A stretch of 64,000 bases of DNA from a virus: IMG/VR virus record IMGVR_UViG_3300020601_000005, one strand, 5' to 3'. This document shows, in pieces, positions 49,547 through 59,383 of the stretch; the stretch's first letter is position 1, and each line of letters starts with the position of its first letter. The translations under genes and the position numbers were made by a program. The notes beneath the pieces are model-generated. The model made no database searches, was not told where the DNA came from, and was given only the letters and a program-made list of their open reading frames with translations.

Positions 49547-52075
49547 ATGAAATTTTATACTAATGTGAATCGTTATGGCAATAATATCCTTCTACGTGGT
49601 TATGTAGATGGTAAACGTGTCAATCGTAAAGTTAAGTTTAGTCCGACGCTGTACACCAGGGCAAAAGGGCAAACTCAGTTCAAAACTTTAGATAACGTAT
49701 TTGTCGAACCTAAAAAACTTGACACTATGCGTGATGCAAAAGACTTCATGGAACGTTACTCTGACGTAAGCAACTTTGAAGTATATGGTAATACAAACTA
49801 CATTGCTCAGTTTGTGGCCGAAGAATACCCAGGACAAATCCAATTCGATCGATCTAAAATCCGAATCCATGATATCGATATCGAGGTAGCATCCGACGAT
49901 GGTTTTCCAGAACCAGATCAAGCTAATCATCCAGTAACTGCAATTACAATCTACGATAGTATTACTAATGTGTATTTTGTGTGGGCCATGGGTGATTACG
50001 ACGTTGATGCTCGCGACGATAAGATTAAAGATTGTAATATCCGCTATACTAAGTGCGTGGATGAACAGCACTTGCTTAAATGCTTTATTAAGTTTTGGTC
50101 TGATGAGTTTACTTCTCCGGATGTTGTAACTGGTTGGAACATTCGTGCATTCGATATTCCATATCTGGTTAACCGTATTAATCGATTGTTTGGCGAGGAT
50201 GCAATTAAGTCACTATCTCCATGGGGTTCTGTCCAAGAGAAGATGGTAACTATGCGGAAGGGTCAAGTTCAAATCTATGAGATCACTGGTATTGCTCAGG
50301 TTGATTACATGGATCTGTTCATGAAGTTTGGCTATTCATTCGGTCCTCAAGAATCGTACTCGTTAAATCACATTGCAAACACCGTACTCGGTGAAGAGAA
50401 ACTATCATATGAAGAGTATGGAGATCTACACACTCTCTACAAAGAGAATCATCAAAAGTTTATCGATTACAACATTCGTGACGTTAACTTGGTTGAGCGA
50501 ATAGAAGATAAGATCGGTTTGATGACTTTATGTTTTACTATGGCTTATAAAGCTGGCGTAAACTATAATGACACATTCGGAACTACTGGTATATGGGATA
50601 CGCTGATCTATCGTTATCTTCTTGAACAGAACATTATCGTTCCTCCTAACAAGGATAGTTTCAAGACCGATTACGAGGGTGGTTATGTAAAAGAACCTCA
50701 ATGTGGTGTACACGACTGGGTTGCTTCGTTTGACGTCAACTCTCTGTATCCTAATATTATTGTCCAATGGAACATGTCACCAGAGACTATTCTCAAAGGT
50801 GATATTGAACCAAACATGAATGTTGATAGGTGTTTAAATGAATTTAAGAATCCGCACGCTGACAAATCTATGGCTGCTTCGGGTCAGTATTTCGATAATT
50901 CTCGTCAGGGTTTCATGCCGAAGATTATTGAGGCTATGTACGATGAGCGAGTACAAATCAAGAAGAAGATGCTTGATTCAAAAAAAGAACTTGAAAAGGT
51001 CGACAAGACTAACAAGACTGAAGTATACCGTATCGAACGTGATATCGCGACATTTGAAAACCAACAAATGACCGTTAAGATTCTTCTTAACTCTCTTTAT
51101 GGTGCGTTAGGTAATCGTTACTTCCGTTACTTTACGATGGAAATTGCAGAAGGTATTACACTAACTGGTCAATACATCATCAAGTGGGCAGAGAAGAACG
51201 TGAATGCGTATCTCAACACCGTCATGAAAACTAACAACGACTATGTGATTGCAATCGATACTGATTCTGTCTATGTTTGTCTAGGTGCACTGGTTGATCA
51301 AGTTATGCCTGGTAAGTCAAAAGATAAAGTTGTCGACTTCCTTGATAAGGTATGTGCCAAGATTGAAACCGATGTACTCGATGTTGCATTCAAGGAGCTG
51401 ATGGAAAACACCGGTGCGTTTAAGCAACGTATCTCCATGAAGCGTGAAAGTATTGCCGATCGTGGTATTTGGTCTGCCAAGAAGCGATACATTCTGAACG
51501 TATGGGACAATGAAGGTGTTCGTTACACAAAGCCTAAGCTAAAGATCATGGGTATTGAAGCTATTAAGTCTTCTACCCCAGCCCCATGTCGTGAAGCTTT
51601 TAAGGATCTATTTAATATCTTGATTTCAGGTACTGAGCAACAGACTCAAGAGTTTATCGCAGACTTCCGTAAGAAGTTTAACTCATTGCCTGTTGAAGAG
51701 AAGTCTTTCCCTCGTGGCGTTAGTGCGGTTCAGAAGTATGTAGATAAGAAGACTAAGTCTTACATCAAAGGTACTCCTATAAATTCACGTGCTGCTATCT
51801 TACATAACTACTTGTTGGATCGTCATGGATTGAAAAACATTGCTCCTATTCGTGCGGGTGAAAAGATCAAGTATGTGTATCTGAATCCACGCAATCCACT
51901 TCGTGAAGATGTTATCGGCTTCCAAAATATTCTTCCAAAAGAATTTGATATGCATCGCTATATCGATAACGCAAAACAATTTGACAAAGCATTCCTCGGG
52001 CCCGCTAAAATCATCTTAGACTCAATCGGATGGAAGGCTGAAGAGGAATCATCACTAGAGGACTTTTTTGGATGA
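49547..52075 (+). CDS. gp43: Family B DNA polymerase gp43
   Basis: Exo DIE, SFDVNSLYP, KILLNSLYG, DTDS, KKRY; no intron or intein evident. Confidence 0.98.
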   Translation: MKFYTNVNRYGNNILLRGYVDGKRVNRKVKFSPTLYTRAKGQTQFKTLDNVFVEPKKLDTMRDAKDFMERYSDVSNFEVYGNTNYIAQFVAEEYPGQIQFDRSKIRIHDIDIEVASDDGFPEPDQANHPVTAITIYDSITNVYFVWAMGDYDVDARDDKIKDCNIRYTKCVDEQHLLKCFIKFWSDEFTSPDVVTGWNIRAFDIPYLVNRINRLFGEDAIKSLSPWGSVQEKMVTMRKGQVQIYEITGIAQVDYMDLFMKFGYSFGPQESYSLNHIANTVLGEEKLSYEEYGDLHTLYKENHQKFIDYNIRDVNLVERIEDKIGLMTLCFTMAYKAGVNYNDTFGTTGIWDTLIYRYLLEQNIIVPPNKDSFKTDYEGGYVKEPQCGVHDWVASFDVNSLYPNIIVQWNMSPETILKGDIEPNMNVDRCLNEFKNPHADKSMAASGQYFDNSRQGFMPKIIEAMYDERVQIKKKMLDSKKELEKVDKTNKTEVYRIERDIATFENQQMTVKILLNSLYGALGNRYFRYFTMEIAEGITLTGQYIIKWAEKNVNAYLNTVMKTNNDYVIAIDTDSVYVCLGALVDQVMPGKSKDKVVDFLDKVCAKIETDVLDVAFKELMENTGAFKQRISMKRESIADRGIWSAKKRYILNVWDNEGVRYTKPKLKIMGIEAIKSSTPAPCREAFKDLFNILISGTEQQTQEFIADFRKKFNSLPVEEKSFPRGVSAVQKYVDKKTKSYIKGTPINSRAAILHNYLLDRHGLKNIAPIRAGEKIKYVYLNPRNPLREDVIGFQNILPKEFDMHRYIDNAKQFDKAFLGPAKIILDSIGWKAEEESSLEDFFG

Positions 52076-52662
52076 ACCAATTATTAGATTATATAAAAGT
52101 TTATGATGATGTTCTGGATGAAAATATTTGCCAGAATCTGATTGACACATTTGAAACATTCAACCCACAAAAATCTCCATTCTATCGACAATCAAAAAAT
52201 TCATGGGATCTAGACTATCGTCAGTTTTATGAATTTGATATTGCACGAGTAGTTGAATTTAATCATTTCATAAATCCGGTATATAATGTTGCTAAGAATA
52301 TATTTGCACGATACAATCGTGAATGCGGTAGATTCTTTCCGGAAAAGATGGGTTTCGAAGATCTGCGAATAAAACGATATGATGCGAATGGAATTGATCA
52401 ATTTGGTTGGCATGCGGATGTTGGCAATTACGCATCAGCTCGCAGATTCTTAGTTATGTTCTTTTACTTAAATGATGTAGAGGAAGGAGGCGAGACCGAA
52501 TTTCAATTTTCTGGTGATTACTCGAAGGTCCCGGACTTTACAGTAAAACCTAAACGTGGTAGAATAGTAGTATTCCCCCCAATGTGGATGTTCCCTCATC
52601 GTGGTTGTATGCCTATAAGCGGATCAAAATACATCCTTTCGACCTATGCTCATTATCAATAG
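52072..52662 (+). CDS. 2OG-Fe(II) oxygenase (prolyl-hydroxylase-like)
   Basis: WHAD (HxD), FYLNDVEEGGETEF, distal H in FPHRG, K in SKY. Confidence 0.88.
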   Translation: MNQLLDYIKVYDDVLDENICQNLIDTFETFNPQKSPFYRQSKNSWDLDYRQFYEFDIARVVEFNHFINPVYNVAKNIFARYNRECGRFFPEKMGFEDLRIKRYDANGIDQFGWHADVGNYASARRFLVMFFYLNDVEEGGETEFQFSGDYSKVPDFTVKPKRGRIVVFPPMWMFPHRGCMPISGSKYILSTYAHYQ

Positions 52663-52670
52663 GAGTTTCT

Positions 52671-53750
52671 ATGAGTATCCTTGACAAAATTAAAAAGAAC
52701 AGTACGATTAAAGAATCTGCTGTGTTGGCTCAATCAAAGTTCTTTCAAAAGAAAGATATGATTCCAACTTCTATTCCAATCATCAACGTCGCATTGAGTG
52801 GACGTCTTGATGGTGGACTAACTCCTGGTCTTACAATGTGGGCAGGTCCTTCTAAACACTTTAAGACTGCATTCTCCCTGCTGATGGCTAAGTCATATCT
52901 TGACAAGTATCCTGATGCTGCATTGTTATTCTATGATTCAGAGTTTGGCACTCCTCAATCATACTTTGATGCATTCGGTATCGATACTGATCGTGTATTG
53001 CATACTCCTATCATGGACGTTGAACAACTAAAGTTTGATATCATGCAGCAGCTTACCAATATTACACGCGGTGATCATGTTATTATTGTTGTGGATTCTA
53101 TTGGTAACTTGGCTTCTAAGAAAGAAGTTGAAGATGCTATGGATGGTAAGTCTGTTGCAGATATGAGTCGCGCAAAGCAAATGAAGTCATTGTTCCGTAT
53201 GGTTACTCCCCACTTGACGATGAAAGATATCCCAATGGTTGTTGTTAACCATACATACAAAACCATGGAACTATACTCTAAAGACGTTGTGGGTGGTGGT
53301 ACAGGTTCGTACTACTCAGCAGATAACATCTTCATCTTGGGACGTCAGCAAGAAAAAGAAGGTACTGAAATCGTTGGTTATAACTTCATTATTAACGTAG
53401 AAAAATCTCGATATGTTAAAGAAAAATCTAAAATCCCTGTGTCAGTATCTTACAATGGTGGCATTAGCACTTGGTCTGGGTTGCTTGATATTGCTATCGA
53501 ATCAGGACACGTTGTCAAACCTAGCAATGGTTGGTATTCAAAAGTAGATATTGAAAGTGGTGAAATTGAAGAAAAGAAGTACCGTCTCAAGGAAATCGAT
53601 AATCGTGATTTCTGGATGCCTATCGTTACTTCAAAGTCATTTAATGATTTCGTGAACAAGAAGTATCAAGTTTCATTTGGCGATATCATCAAGGATGAAG
53701 ACATTACAAAGGATTTAGAAAACTATGATGACGCAACTGAAGCCGCATAA
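52671..53750 (+). CDS. uvsX: RecA-like recombinase UvsX
   Basis: AGPSKHFKT, YDSEFG, DSIGNLASKKE; AGGAG RBS before 52671. Confidence 0.96.
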   Translation: MSILDKIKKNSTIKESAVLAQSKFFQKKDMIPTSIPIINVALSGRLDGGLTPGLTMWAGPSKHFKTAFSLLMAKSYLDKYPDAALLFYDSEFGTPQSYFDAFGIDTDRVLHTPIMDVEQLKFDIMQQLTNITRGDHVIIVVDSIGNLASKKEVEDAMDGKSVADMSRAKQMKSLFRMVTPHLTMKDIPMVVVNHTYKTMELYSKDVVGGGTGSYYSADNIFILGRQQEKEGTEIVGYNFIINVEKSRYVKEKSKIPVSVSYNGGISTWSGLLDIAIESGHVVKPSNGWYSKVDIESGEIEEKKYRLKEIDNRDFWMPIVTSKSFNDFVNKKYQVSFGDIIKDEDITKDLENYDDATEAA

Positions 53751-54069
53751 AGTTTTAGGTCGAATGATAGATGGCGTAGATACCCATGCGCTATCTCTCG
53801 AAGAAGGAGACTTTGCAGATATTATCTTTCTGTATAAGAATGTCTCCTTCGACGAGGATAAAGAAAACGACAAGCTAAAGCTTAGATTCGAATACGAAGT
53901 TATCGAAGTTCCAGAATATCGCCATGGATACGATAAGATCGAATTCGAAGCTGAATTAGGGGATTTTTTGGTACAATTGTTATTCTACGGATTAGAAAAA
54001 GACCACTTAGGATTTATTGATGACAACGAGCGTTCAACAGACCATCTTATCAAACCTCATTCACAATGA
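53725..54069 (+). CDS. Acidic protein at the T4 gp40 (head assembly chaperone) position
   Basis: Between uvsX and gp41, similar size; assignment mainly by synteny. Confidence 0.5.
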   Translation: MMTQLKPHKVLGRMIDGVDTHALSLEEGDFADIIFLYKNVSFDEDKENDKLKLRFEYEVIEVPEYRHGYDKIEFEAELGDFLVQLLFYGLEKDHLGFIDDNERSTDHLIKPHSQ

Positions 54070-55414
54070 GGAATTTTGCAGAAAAGTTTCTCCTTTCCTG
54101 AAGTCTGAGTACTTCACGGATCATTTTGAGAATGTTGTATTCAACACATTGCAGGACTTTTTTGCAAAGTACAATAAGCCTGCAAGCATGGATATCTTAA
54201 AGATCCAGATTCGTGATATTGAAAAACTAAACGGAGATCAAGTCGATAGTATCGATACATACATCGACAATCTAAACTTTCGTACTGATAACATGGAATG
54301 GTTAGTTGAGACCAGTGAAAAGTTCTGTAAAGATCGTGCAGTATACAACGCGATTCTAGATTCAATTAGTATCATCGATGGCAAAGATACTAAGACTAGT
54401 AAGGATGCAATTCCTTCTATCTTGTCCGATGCATTGGCGGTATCATTCGACTCTGCTATCGGCCACGATTACATTGAAGACTTTGAATCTCGATATGATT
54501 TTTATACTCGTGTAGAAGAGAAGGTTGCATTTGATATTGATCTATTGAATAAGATTACTAAGGGTGGTTTATCTCGCAAAACACTTAATGTAATTCTTGC
54601 TGGCACTGGCGTTGGTAAGTCATTGGCTATGTGTCATATGGCTGCATCAACTCTAATGCAAGGATTGAATGTATTGTATATTACAATGGAAATGGCAGAA
54701 GAACGTATCGCAGAACGTATTGATGCAAACCTTATGAATATGACCATGGAAGAAATGGCAACGGTTGATAAGGACATCTACGAGACTCGATTCGAACGTG
54801 TCGCCAAGAAGACCCGCGGTAAACTAATCATCAAGGAATATCCAACTGCATCTGCACACACTGGTCACTTCCAAGCTTTGATCGAAGAGTTGAAGATGAA
54901 ACGTAACTTTCTCCCCGATATGATTATCATTGATTACTTGAACATCTGTACTTCTTCTCGAATCAAGCAAGGTGCTAACGTTAACTCTTACACATATATT
55001 AAATCGATTGCTGAAGAAATCCGTGGTATGGCTGTTAAGTATAATGTTCCTATTTTATCAGCAACACAAACTACTCGAGGCGGCTATGACAACACGGATG
55101 TGGGACTTACTGATACTTCTGAATCTTTCGGATTGCCTGCTACTGTCGATTTTATGTTTGCTCTTATTTCAACGGAGGAGCTCGAAAACCTGGGTCAACT
55201 TATGGTTAAGCAGCTTAAAAATCGTTACAATGATCCTTCTTATTACAAGCGCTTTGTTATCGGCGTGGATCGTTCTCGGATGAAATTATTCGATGTCGAA
55301 GATTCTGCACAAAAGAATATCTCAGATTCTGGACAAGTAAACGATACACCAATCTTCGACAAGTCAGATTTTGGACAAAGAATGAAGTCAGTAGGCGAGG
55401 GATTTAAATATTAA
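54020..55414 (+). CDS. gp41: Replicative DnaB-like helicase gp41
   Basis: AGTGVGKS, ITMEMAEE.I..RIDAN, IIDYLNI, SESFGLPATVD, QLKNRY. Confidence 0.96.
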   Translation: MTTSVQQTILSNLIHNEEFCRKVSPFLKSEYFTDHFENVVFNTLQDFFAKYNKPASMDILKIQIRDIEKLNGDQVDSIDTYIDNLNFRTDNMEWLVETSEKFCKDRAVYNAILDSISIIDGKDTKTSKDAIPSILSDALAVSFDSAIGHDYIEDFESRYDFYTRVEEKVAFDIDLLNKITKGGLSRKTLNVILAGTGVGKSLAMCHMAASTLMQGLNVLYITMEMAEERIAERIDANLMNMTMEEMATVDKDIYETRFERVAKKTRGKLIIKEYPTASAHTGHFQALIEELKMKRNFLPDMIIIDYLNICTSSRIKQGANVNSYTYIKSIAEEIRGMAVKYNVPILSATQTTRGGYDNTDVGLTDTSESFGLPATVDFMFALISTEELENLGQLMVKQLKNRYNDPSYYKRFVIGVDRSRMKLFDVEDSAQKNISDSGQVNDTPIFDKSDFGQRMKSVGEGFKY

Positions 55415-55445
55415 ATGTGGTATAATATATCTAAAGGAGATTGAT

Positions 55446-55643
55446 ATGGGACCAGTGAGTGGATATTTCTCAGAACCAGGTACGTTAAACAGGACTAGCG
55501 AAGTCTTCGATAACATGGATGGTTCATATGTTGTTATGATGTATGAAGGAACTGATCTTCGCGAAGAGCGAATCATTGAAGGACATACATTGGATTATGC
55601 AGAAGACTGCGCAGAAAATTGGGTATTAGGAGTTATTAAATGA
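55446..55643 (+). CDS. Small hypothetical protein
   Basis: TGGTATAAT promoter and AAGGAG RBS; ends YAEDCAENWVLG. Confidence 0.65.
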   Translation: MGPVSGYFSEPGTLNRTSEVFDNMDGSYVVMMYEGTDLREERIIEGHTLDYAEDCAENWVLGVIK

Positions 55644-56062
55644 GTGTGAATTTGATTGAAGATATGGCGCATATGCACGACCACTATGGAGTACATACTG
55701 CAATTGAGAAGTTAACTGCAGAACAGTTAAAAACGTTCCTTAAATTTCGTATTGACTTTTTGCAAGAAGAGTTGGATGAGATGAATAAGGCTTATAATGA
55801 GGGCGGTGAAAGTGCAGCTGATGATACAGTTGATGCTTTGATTGATTTGGCTGTGGTTGCATTGGGTACACTTGATGCATTCCGAGTGAATGGTTATGAA
55901 GCATGGAACCGTGTTTATAAAGCAAATATGTCCAAAGTTGTTGGTATTAAAGAAAGTCGTCCTAATCCTCTAGGACTTCCAGACTTGATCAAGCCAGAAG
56001 GTTGGACTGCTCCGACTCATGTAGATAATGTTGGTTTATTGGAACAGGTATTTACAAAATGA
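55640..56062 (+). CDS. MazG/HisE-like all-alpha NTP pyrophosphatase (candidate dCTPase/dUTPase)
   Basis: QEELDE...DALIDL, V..ANMSK, KPEGW.AP. Confidence 0.8.
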   Translation: MSVNLIEDMAHMHDHYGVHTAIEKLTAEQLKTFLKFRIDFLQEELDEMNKAYNEGGESAADDTVDALIDLAVVALGTLDAFRVNGYEAWNRVYKANMSKVVGIKESRPNPLGLPDLIKPEGWTAPTHVDNVGLLEQVFTK

Positions 56063-57030
56063 TTGGTTTCACGGTTTTCAAATCTATCTTTGATAACAAG
56101 ACTGACGTAAGTGTCGACTTTGATAGCTTCGATAAGTTTGAAACTGCTTTATACCACTTGGCAACTAAGCCAGGTTATAAAGCACGGAAAGGCGAGTATA
56201 CCCCGAAAGGGGTTACTCCTTCTCCGCTGATATCTCCTGCAGTTTACAAAGAAGGAACCACCCGCGCCAACGCTAATGTAATTAAGTGGGCAGGTTGGGC
56301 CGCGGTAGATGTCGACCAAGCAGTGTTTGAGGGAAATCTAAAAGACGAGTTGCAGAAACGTTATGGTAACTGGCGTTATGTTTGTTATTCTACCGCCAGT
56401 AGTACGAATGAGCATCCTAAGTTTAGACTCGTCTTCCCTCTCTCCAGAGATATTCAGTCGAATGAAATCCGTCACTTCTGGTTTGCACTCAATACAGAAC
56501 TTGAGTCAATTGGAGATCTACAAACAAAAGATCTTAGTAGAATGTATTATGTTCCTGCTAAGTATCCTAATGCCAATAATTTCATTTTTAGTAATCCTGG
56601 CACTAATATTGAAGTAGATAGTCTTTTAGCAAAGCACGAGTATACGGAACGTACTGGAGATTCTTTCATGGATCGTCTACCAGAGTCTATGCAGAAAGAA
56701 GTGGTTGCATATCGCCAGAATAAACTTCGCGAGAGTTCACGAAGTTTCCATTGGACTTCATACTCAGATTGCCCATTCATTAATCATCGTTTGATCGGTG
56801 ATTATAAGGCAATTGCACGTACCGATGGTTCTGGTAGATACTCTATGATTTACAAGATCATGACGTCGATTGCATGTAATGCGGTTCGTCAAGGTTATGC
56901 AATCACAGAGTCTGAAATCTCCCAATTGATCCTCCAGTTAGATCGTGAGACCAGTAATATATACCAAAAACGACCATTGACCACAGAAGCTTCCAGAGCC
57001 ATAGAATACGCATACAAAACTGCAATGTAA
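56059..57030 (+). CDS. AEP-superfamily primase/primase-polymerase-like protein
   Basis: AAVDVD (motif I), YSTASS...PKFRLVFPL (motif II region), D..TKDLSRMYYVP (motif III), helical C-terminal domain. Confidence 0.7.
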   Translation: MIGFTVFKSIFDNKTDVSVDFDSFDKFETALYHLATKPGYKARKGEYTPKGVTPSPLISPAVYKEGTTRANANVIKWAGWAAVDVDQAVFEGNLKDELQKRYGNWRYVCYSTASSTNEHPKFRLVFPLSRDIQSNEIRHFWFALNTELESIGDLQTKDLSRMYYVPAKYPNANNFIFSNPGTNIEVDSLLAKHEYTERTGDSFMDRLPESMQKEVVAYRQNKLRESSRSFHWTSYSDCPFINHRLIGDYKAIARTDGSGRYSMIYKIMTSIACNAVRQGYAITESEISQLILQLDRETSNIYQKRPLTTEASRAIEYAYKTAM

Positions 57031-57074
57031 TACTTTAGTACTATATGTACAACAATTCGAACTTATAGTATAAT
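57028..57074 (+). promoter_or_regulatory. Early promoter TAATACTTTAGTA...TGTACA-17-TATAAT
   Basis: Near-identical upstream half to 63265-63311. Confidence 0.75.
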
Positions 57075-57080
57075 ATACCT

Positions 57081-57344
57081 ATGATTGACCAAAACAAAGC
57101 TGAACAAATCCTCCAAGCACTATTCGACCATGAAGTTATGAGTGAACACGATTTAGAAAATTTATCGTTTCTATTATCGTCTTCAGAAGAAACTTTATTA
57201 GATTGGTATAGCAAAGTGGATGAAGAAGACTTACGCTATGCTAGCACTATTTTGAATATTGCCCATAACTTCTTTAGCGACAATGCCGTGGCGATCGATA
57301 CTACACAAGCAAATCAGATTTTGAAAAAGTATATGTATGATTGA
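57081..57344 (+). CDS. Small acidic hypothetical protein, probably leaderless
   Basis: DLENLSFLL...WY...EEDLRYA; ATG begins 6 nt after the -10 box with no SD. Confidence 0.6.
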   Translation: MIDQNKAEQILQALFDHEVMSEHDLENLSFLLSSSEETLLDWYSKVDEEDLRYASTILNIAHNFFSDNAVAIDTTQANQILKKYMYD

Positions 57345-57891
57345 AATTGCGCAAAAGCTAAAAGACTCCGGAACAGTACGGATCCCCAAAGAAGAGATAG
57401 AAGACGATATAGCCTCAATGGCTGTGGCGATCTTTAGTCGTGGTGCAGATTCTAGAACGCAAGAAGAAGTCTTCCGAGACTGTAAACGTATTGCGATCGA
57501 GTTTGCTTTAGTAAAAGTTCTAGGCGGTGAACGTAACCCCAAAGAGTTTAACTTTAGAGACAAAGACTCGTATATTTGGGACGTTAAGGTTGACGGTAAG
57601 AAGTTTGAAGTAAAGCGACATAAAACCGGCGCTAAATACTTTACCTACTCTGGCAAGAAAATCGGCACATACATCAAAAACTGTATGGACATTGATTATC
57701 TAGTCACGGCTTATATGGATGAATCGGATGATAACTATATTATCGACTTTGCCATGATTGTGGATTCGAAGAAGTTTGAATTCTATTTTCAGAAAAGTCA
57801 GTATAATAGTTCATACTATTACGATCATCGTATAGCGACCAAAACCGGCGATTGTGTAGCCTTTGGTCTAAGAGATGCAACAATTTATTAA
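57337..57891 (+). CDS. PD-(D/E)xK nuclease-like protein
   Basis: Helix AIEFAL, then WDVKVDGKKFEVK. Confidence 0.55.
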   Translation: MIEIAQKLKDSGTVRIPKEEIEDDIASMAVAIFSRGADSRTQEEVFRDCKRIAIEFALVKVLGGERNPKEFNFRDKDSYIWDVKVDGKKFEVKRHKTGAKYFTYSGKKIGTYIKNCMDIDYLVTAYMDESDDNYIIDFAMIVDSKKFEFYFQKSQYNSSYYYDHRIATKTGDCVAFGLRDATIY

Positions 57892-57900
57892 GAGGTGAAC

Positions 57901-58257
57901 ATGACACAATATACACGAGCATCAGCAAATATTCTTCTTGAGGCAGCAGAACTTCAAGAACGTAAAGGATTAGATTATAATAATCCCAATTCCTCAGTAC
58001 AACAAGCAGACTATTATCCGCGTGGAGTGTGGTCTGTTATGGATATTATTAACGCTAAATATCTTCGCATGGTATCTGTTCTAGAGACTATGGAACAAGG
58101 CGGGAAAGCTAACTTTGAATCTATTGAAGATTCTGCATTAGATTTGATTAATTATGCATCGTTCCTTGCAGCATATATGCGTGGGCAGATTCCAGGTCAA
58201 GATGTGTCAAAGAAAGATATATTTGGCCGCAAAGTGATTAAAGGAGAAAATAAATGA
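57901..58257 (+). CDS. Nucleotide-modification-associated all-alpha domain (DUF1599/Nmad1-like)
   Basis: ELQERKGLDY...K..R...ESIEDSALDLINYA. Confidence 0.7.
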   Translation: MTQYTRASANILLEAAELQERKGLDYNNPNSSVQQADYYPRGVWSVMDIINAKYLRMVSVLETMEQGGKANFESIEDSALDLINYASFLAAYMRGQIPGQDVSKKDIFGRKVIKGENK

Positions 58258-58931
58258 TTCGAGTAGAAGATATACGTACAGAATTTAATAATGCATTACT
58301 TGCAGAACAATTTACAGTAGATCGTAATACAGGAGTTCGAACGATTGAGTTGTTGAATGCAACCTTTATTGCAGATGAAGATAAAATTTTTGGTACAGTC
58401 AATCAAGAATACGTAGAAAAAGAACTGAGCTGGTATCGTTCAATGTCTCTCAATGTTAATGACATTGAAGGCGGACCACCTGCCGTATGGGCGCAAGTTG
58501 CAGATCCAGACGGATTTATTAATTCTAACTATGGATGGTGTATTTACTCTGAAGAGAATGGTTATCAGTTTAAACATGTGTTAGAAGAATTAGCACGTGA
58601 TCCCAATTCTCGACGTGCTAATATGATCTATACTCGTCCTTCAATGCATACTGATTATAATAAGAACGGTATGTCCGATTTCATGTGCACAAATAACGTA
58701 CAATATGTTCTTCGGAATGGCCAACTGCATGCGATGGTGTATATGCGCAGTAACGATGCAATTTACGGTTATAAGAATGACTACGCATGGCAAAAGTTTG
58801 TACAAGCCCAATTGTTAATCGGACTTAATGCACGAACTTCGTCATCATATGGTTTAGGCCGTATTATGTGGAATGCTGGTTCTCTGCACATATATGATCG
58901 CCACTGGCACTTGATTAAAAAAGAAGCATGA
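58254..58931 (+). CDS. gp42: dCMP hydroxymethylase (T4 gp42-like)
   Basis: INSNYGW, SRRANMIYTRPSM, GMSDFMCTN (catalytic Cys), MRSNDAIYGYKNDYAWQ with Asp at the dCMP-specificity position (Asn in thymidylate synthase), GSLHIY. Confidence 0.9.
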   Translation: MIRVEDIRTEFNNALLAEQFTVDRNTGVRTIELLNATFIADEDKIFGTVNQEYVEKELSWYRSMSLNVNDIEGGPPAVWAQVADPDGFINSNYGWCIYSEENGYQFKHVLEELARDPNSRRANMIYTRPSMHTDYNKNGMSDFMCTNNVQYVLRNGQLHAMVYMRSNDAIYGYKNDYAWQKFVQAQLLIGLNARTSSSYGLGRIMWNAGSLHIYDRHWHLIKKEA

Positions 58932-59383
58932 ATTCGAAACGACAAACAAATAAATGGAATAACAGATATATTTCATTAGCCAAGGAAATTTCTGCTTGGA
59001 GTAAAGATCCAAGCAGAAAGATTGGTGCAGTTGCAATTGGAGAAAAGGGACAAGTTTTGTCTCAGGGATATAACGGATTTCCCCGTGGAATATTTGATTA
59101 TGAATCTCGGTACTCGAACAGAGAGACTAAATATCAATACGTAGTTCACGCTGAAATGAATTGCATTTATAATGCAACTTATAACGGAGTATCTTTGGCA
59201 GACTCTTCTCTTTTTGTGTGGGGATTGCCTGCATGTTCTGAGTGTGCTAAAGGGATCATTCAAGTAGGTATTAAGAAAGTTTACTGGTCTACTGATGAAG
59301 TGATTCCTGATATATGGGAAAAATCGTTAAAGCTTTCTGAAAATATGTTTAAAGAATCAGGCGTAGATATTATTAAGTTATGA
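58928..59383 (+). CDS. cd: dCMP deaminase
   Basis: WSKDPS.KIGAV, GYNGFPRG, HAE, C.EC zinc motif. Confidence 0.92.
   Translation: MNSKRQTNKWNNRYISLAKEISAWSKDPSRKIGAVAIGEKGQVLSQGYNGFPRGIFDYESRYSNRETKYQYVVHAEMNCIYNATYNGVSLADSSLFVWGLPACSECAKGIIQVGIKKVYWSTDEVIPDIWEKSLKLSENMFKESGVDIIKL

Noticed and set aside
24079-55414. Introns or inteins in gp17, gp20, gp23, gp43, uvsX or gp41
   Set aside because: ORFs are continuous and of normal length; no splice-junction or homing-endonuclease inserts were seen.
58254-58931. Ordinary thymidylate synthase or dUMP hydroxymethylase
   Set aside because: Asp rather than Asn at the specificity position and close motif-level match to T4 gp42 favour a dCMP substrate.
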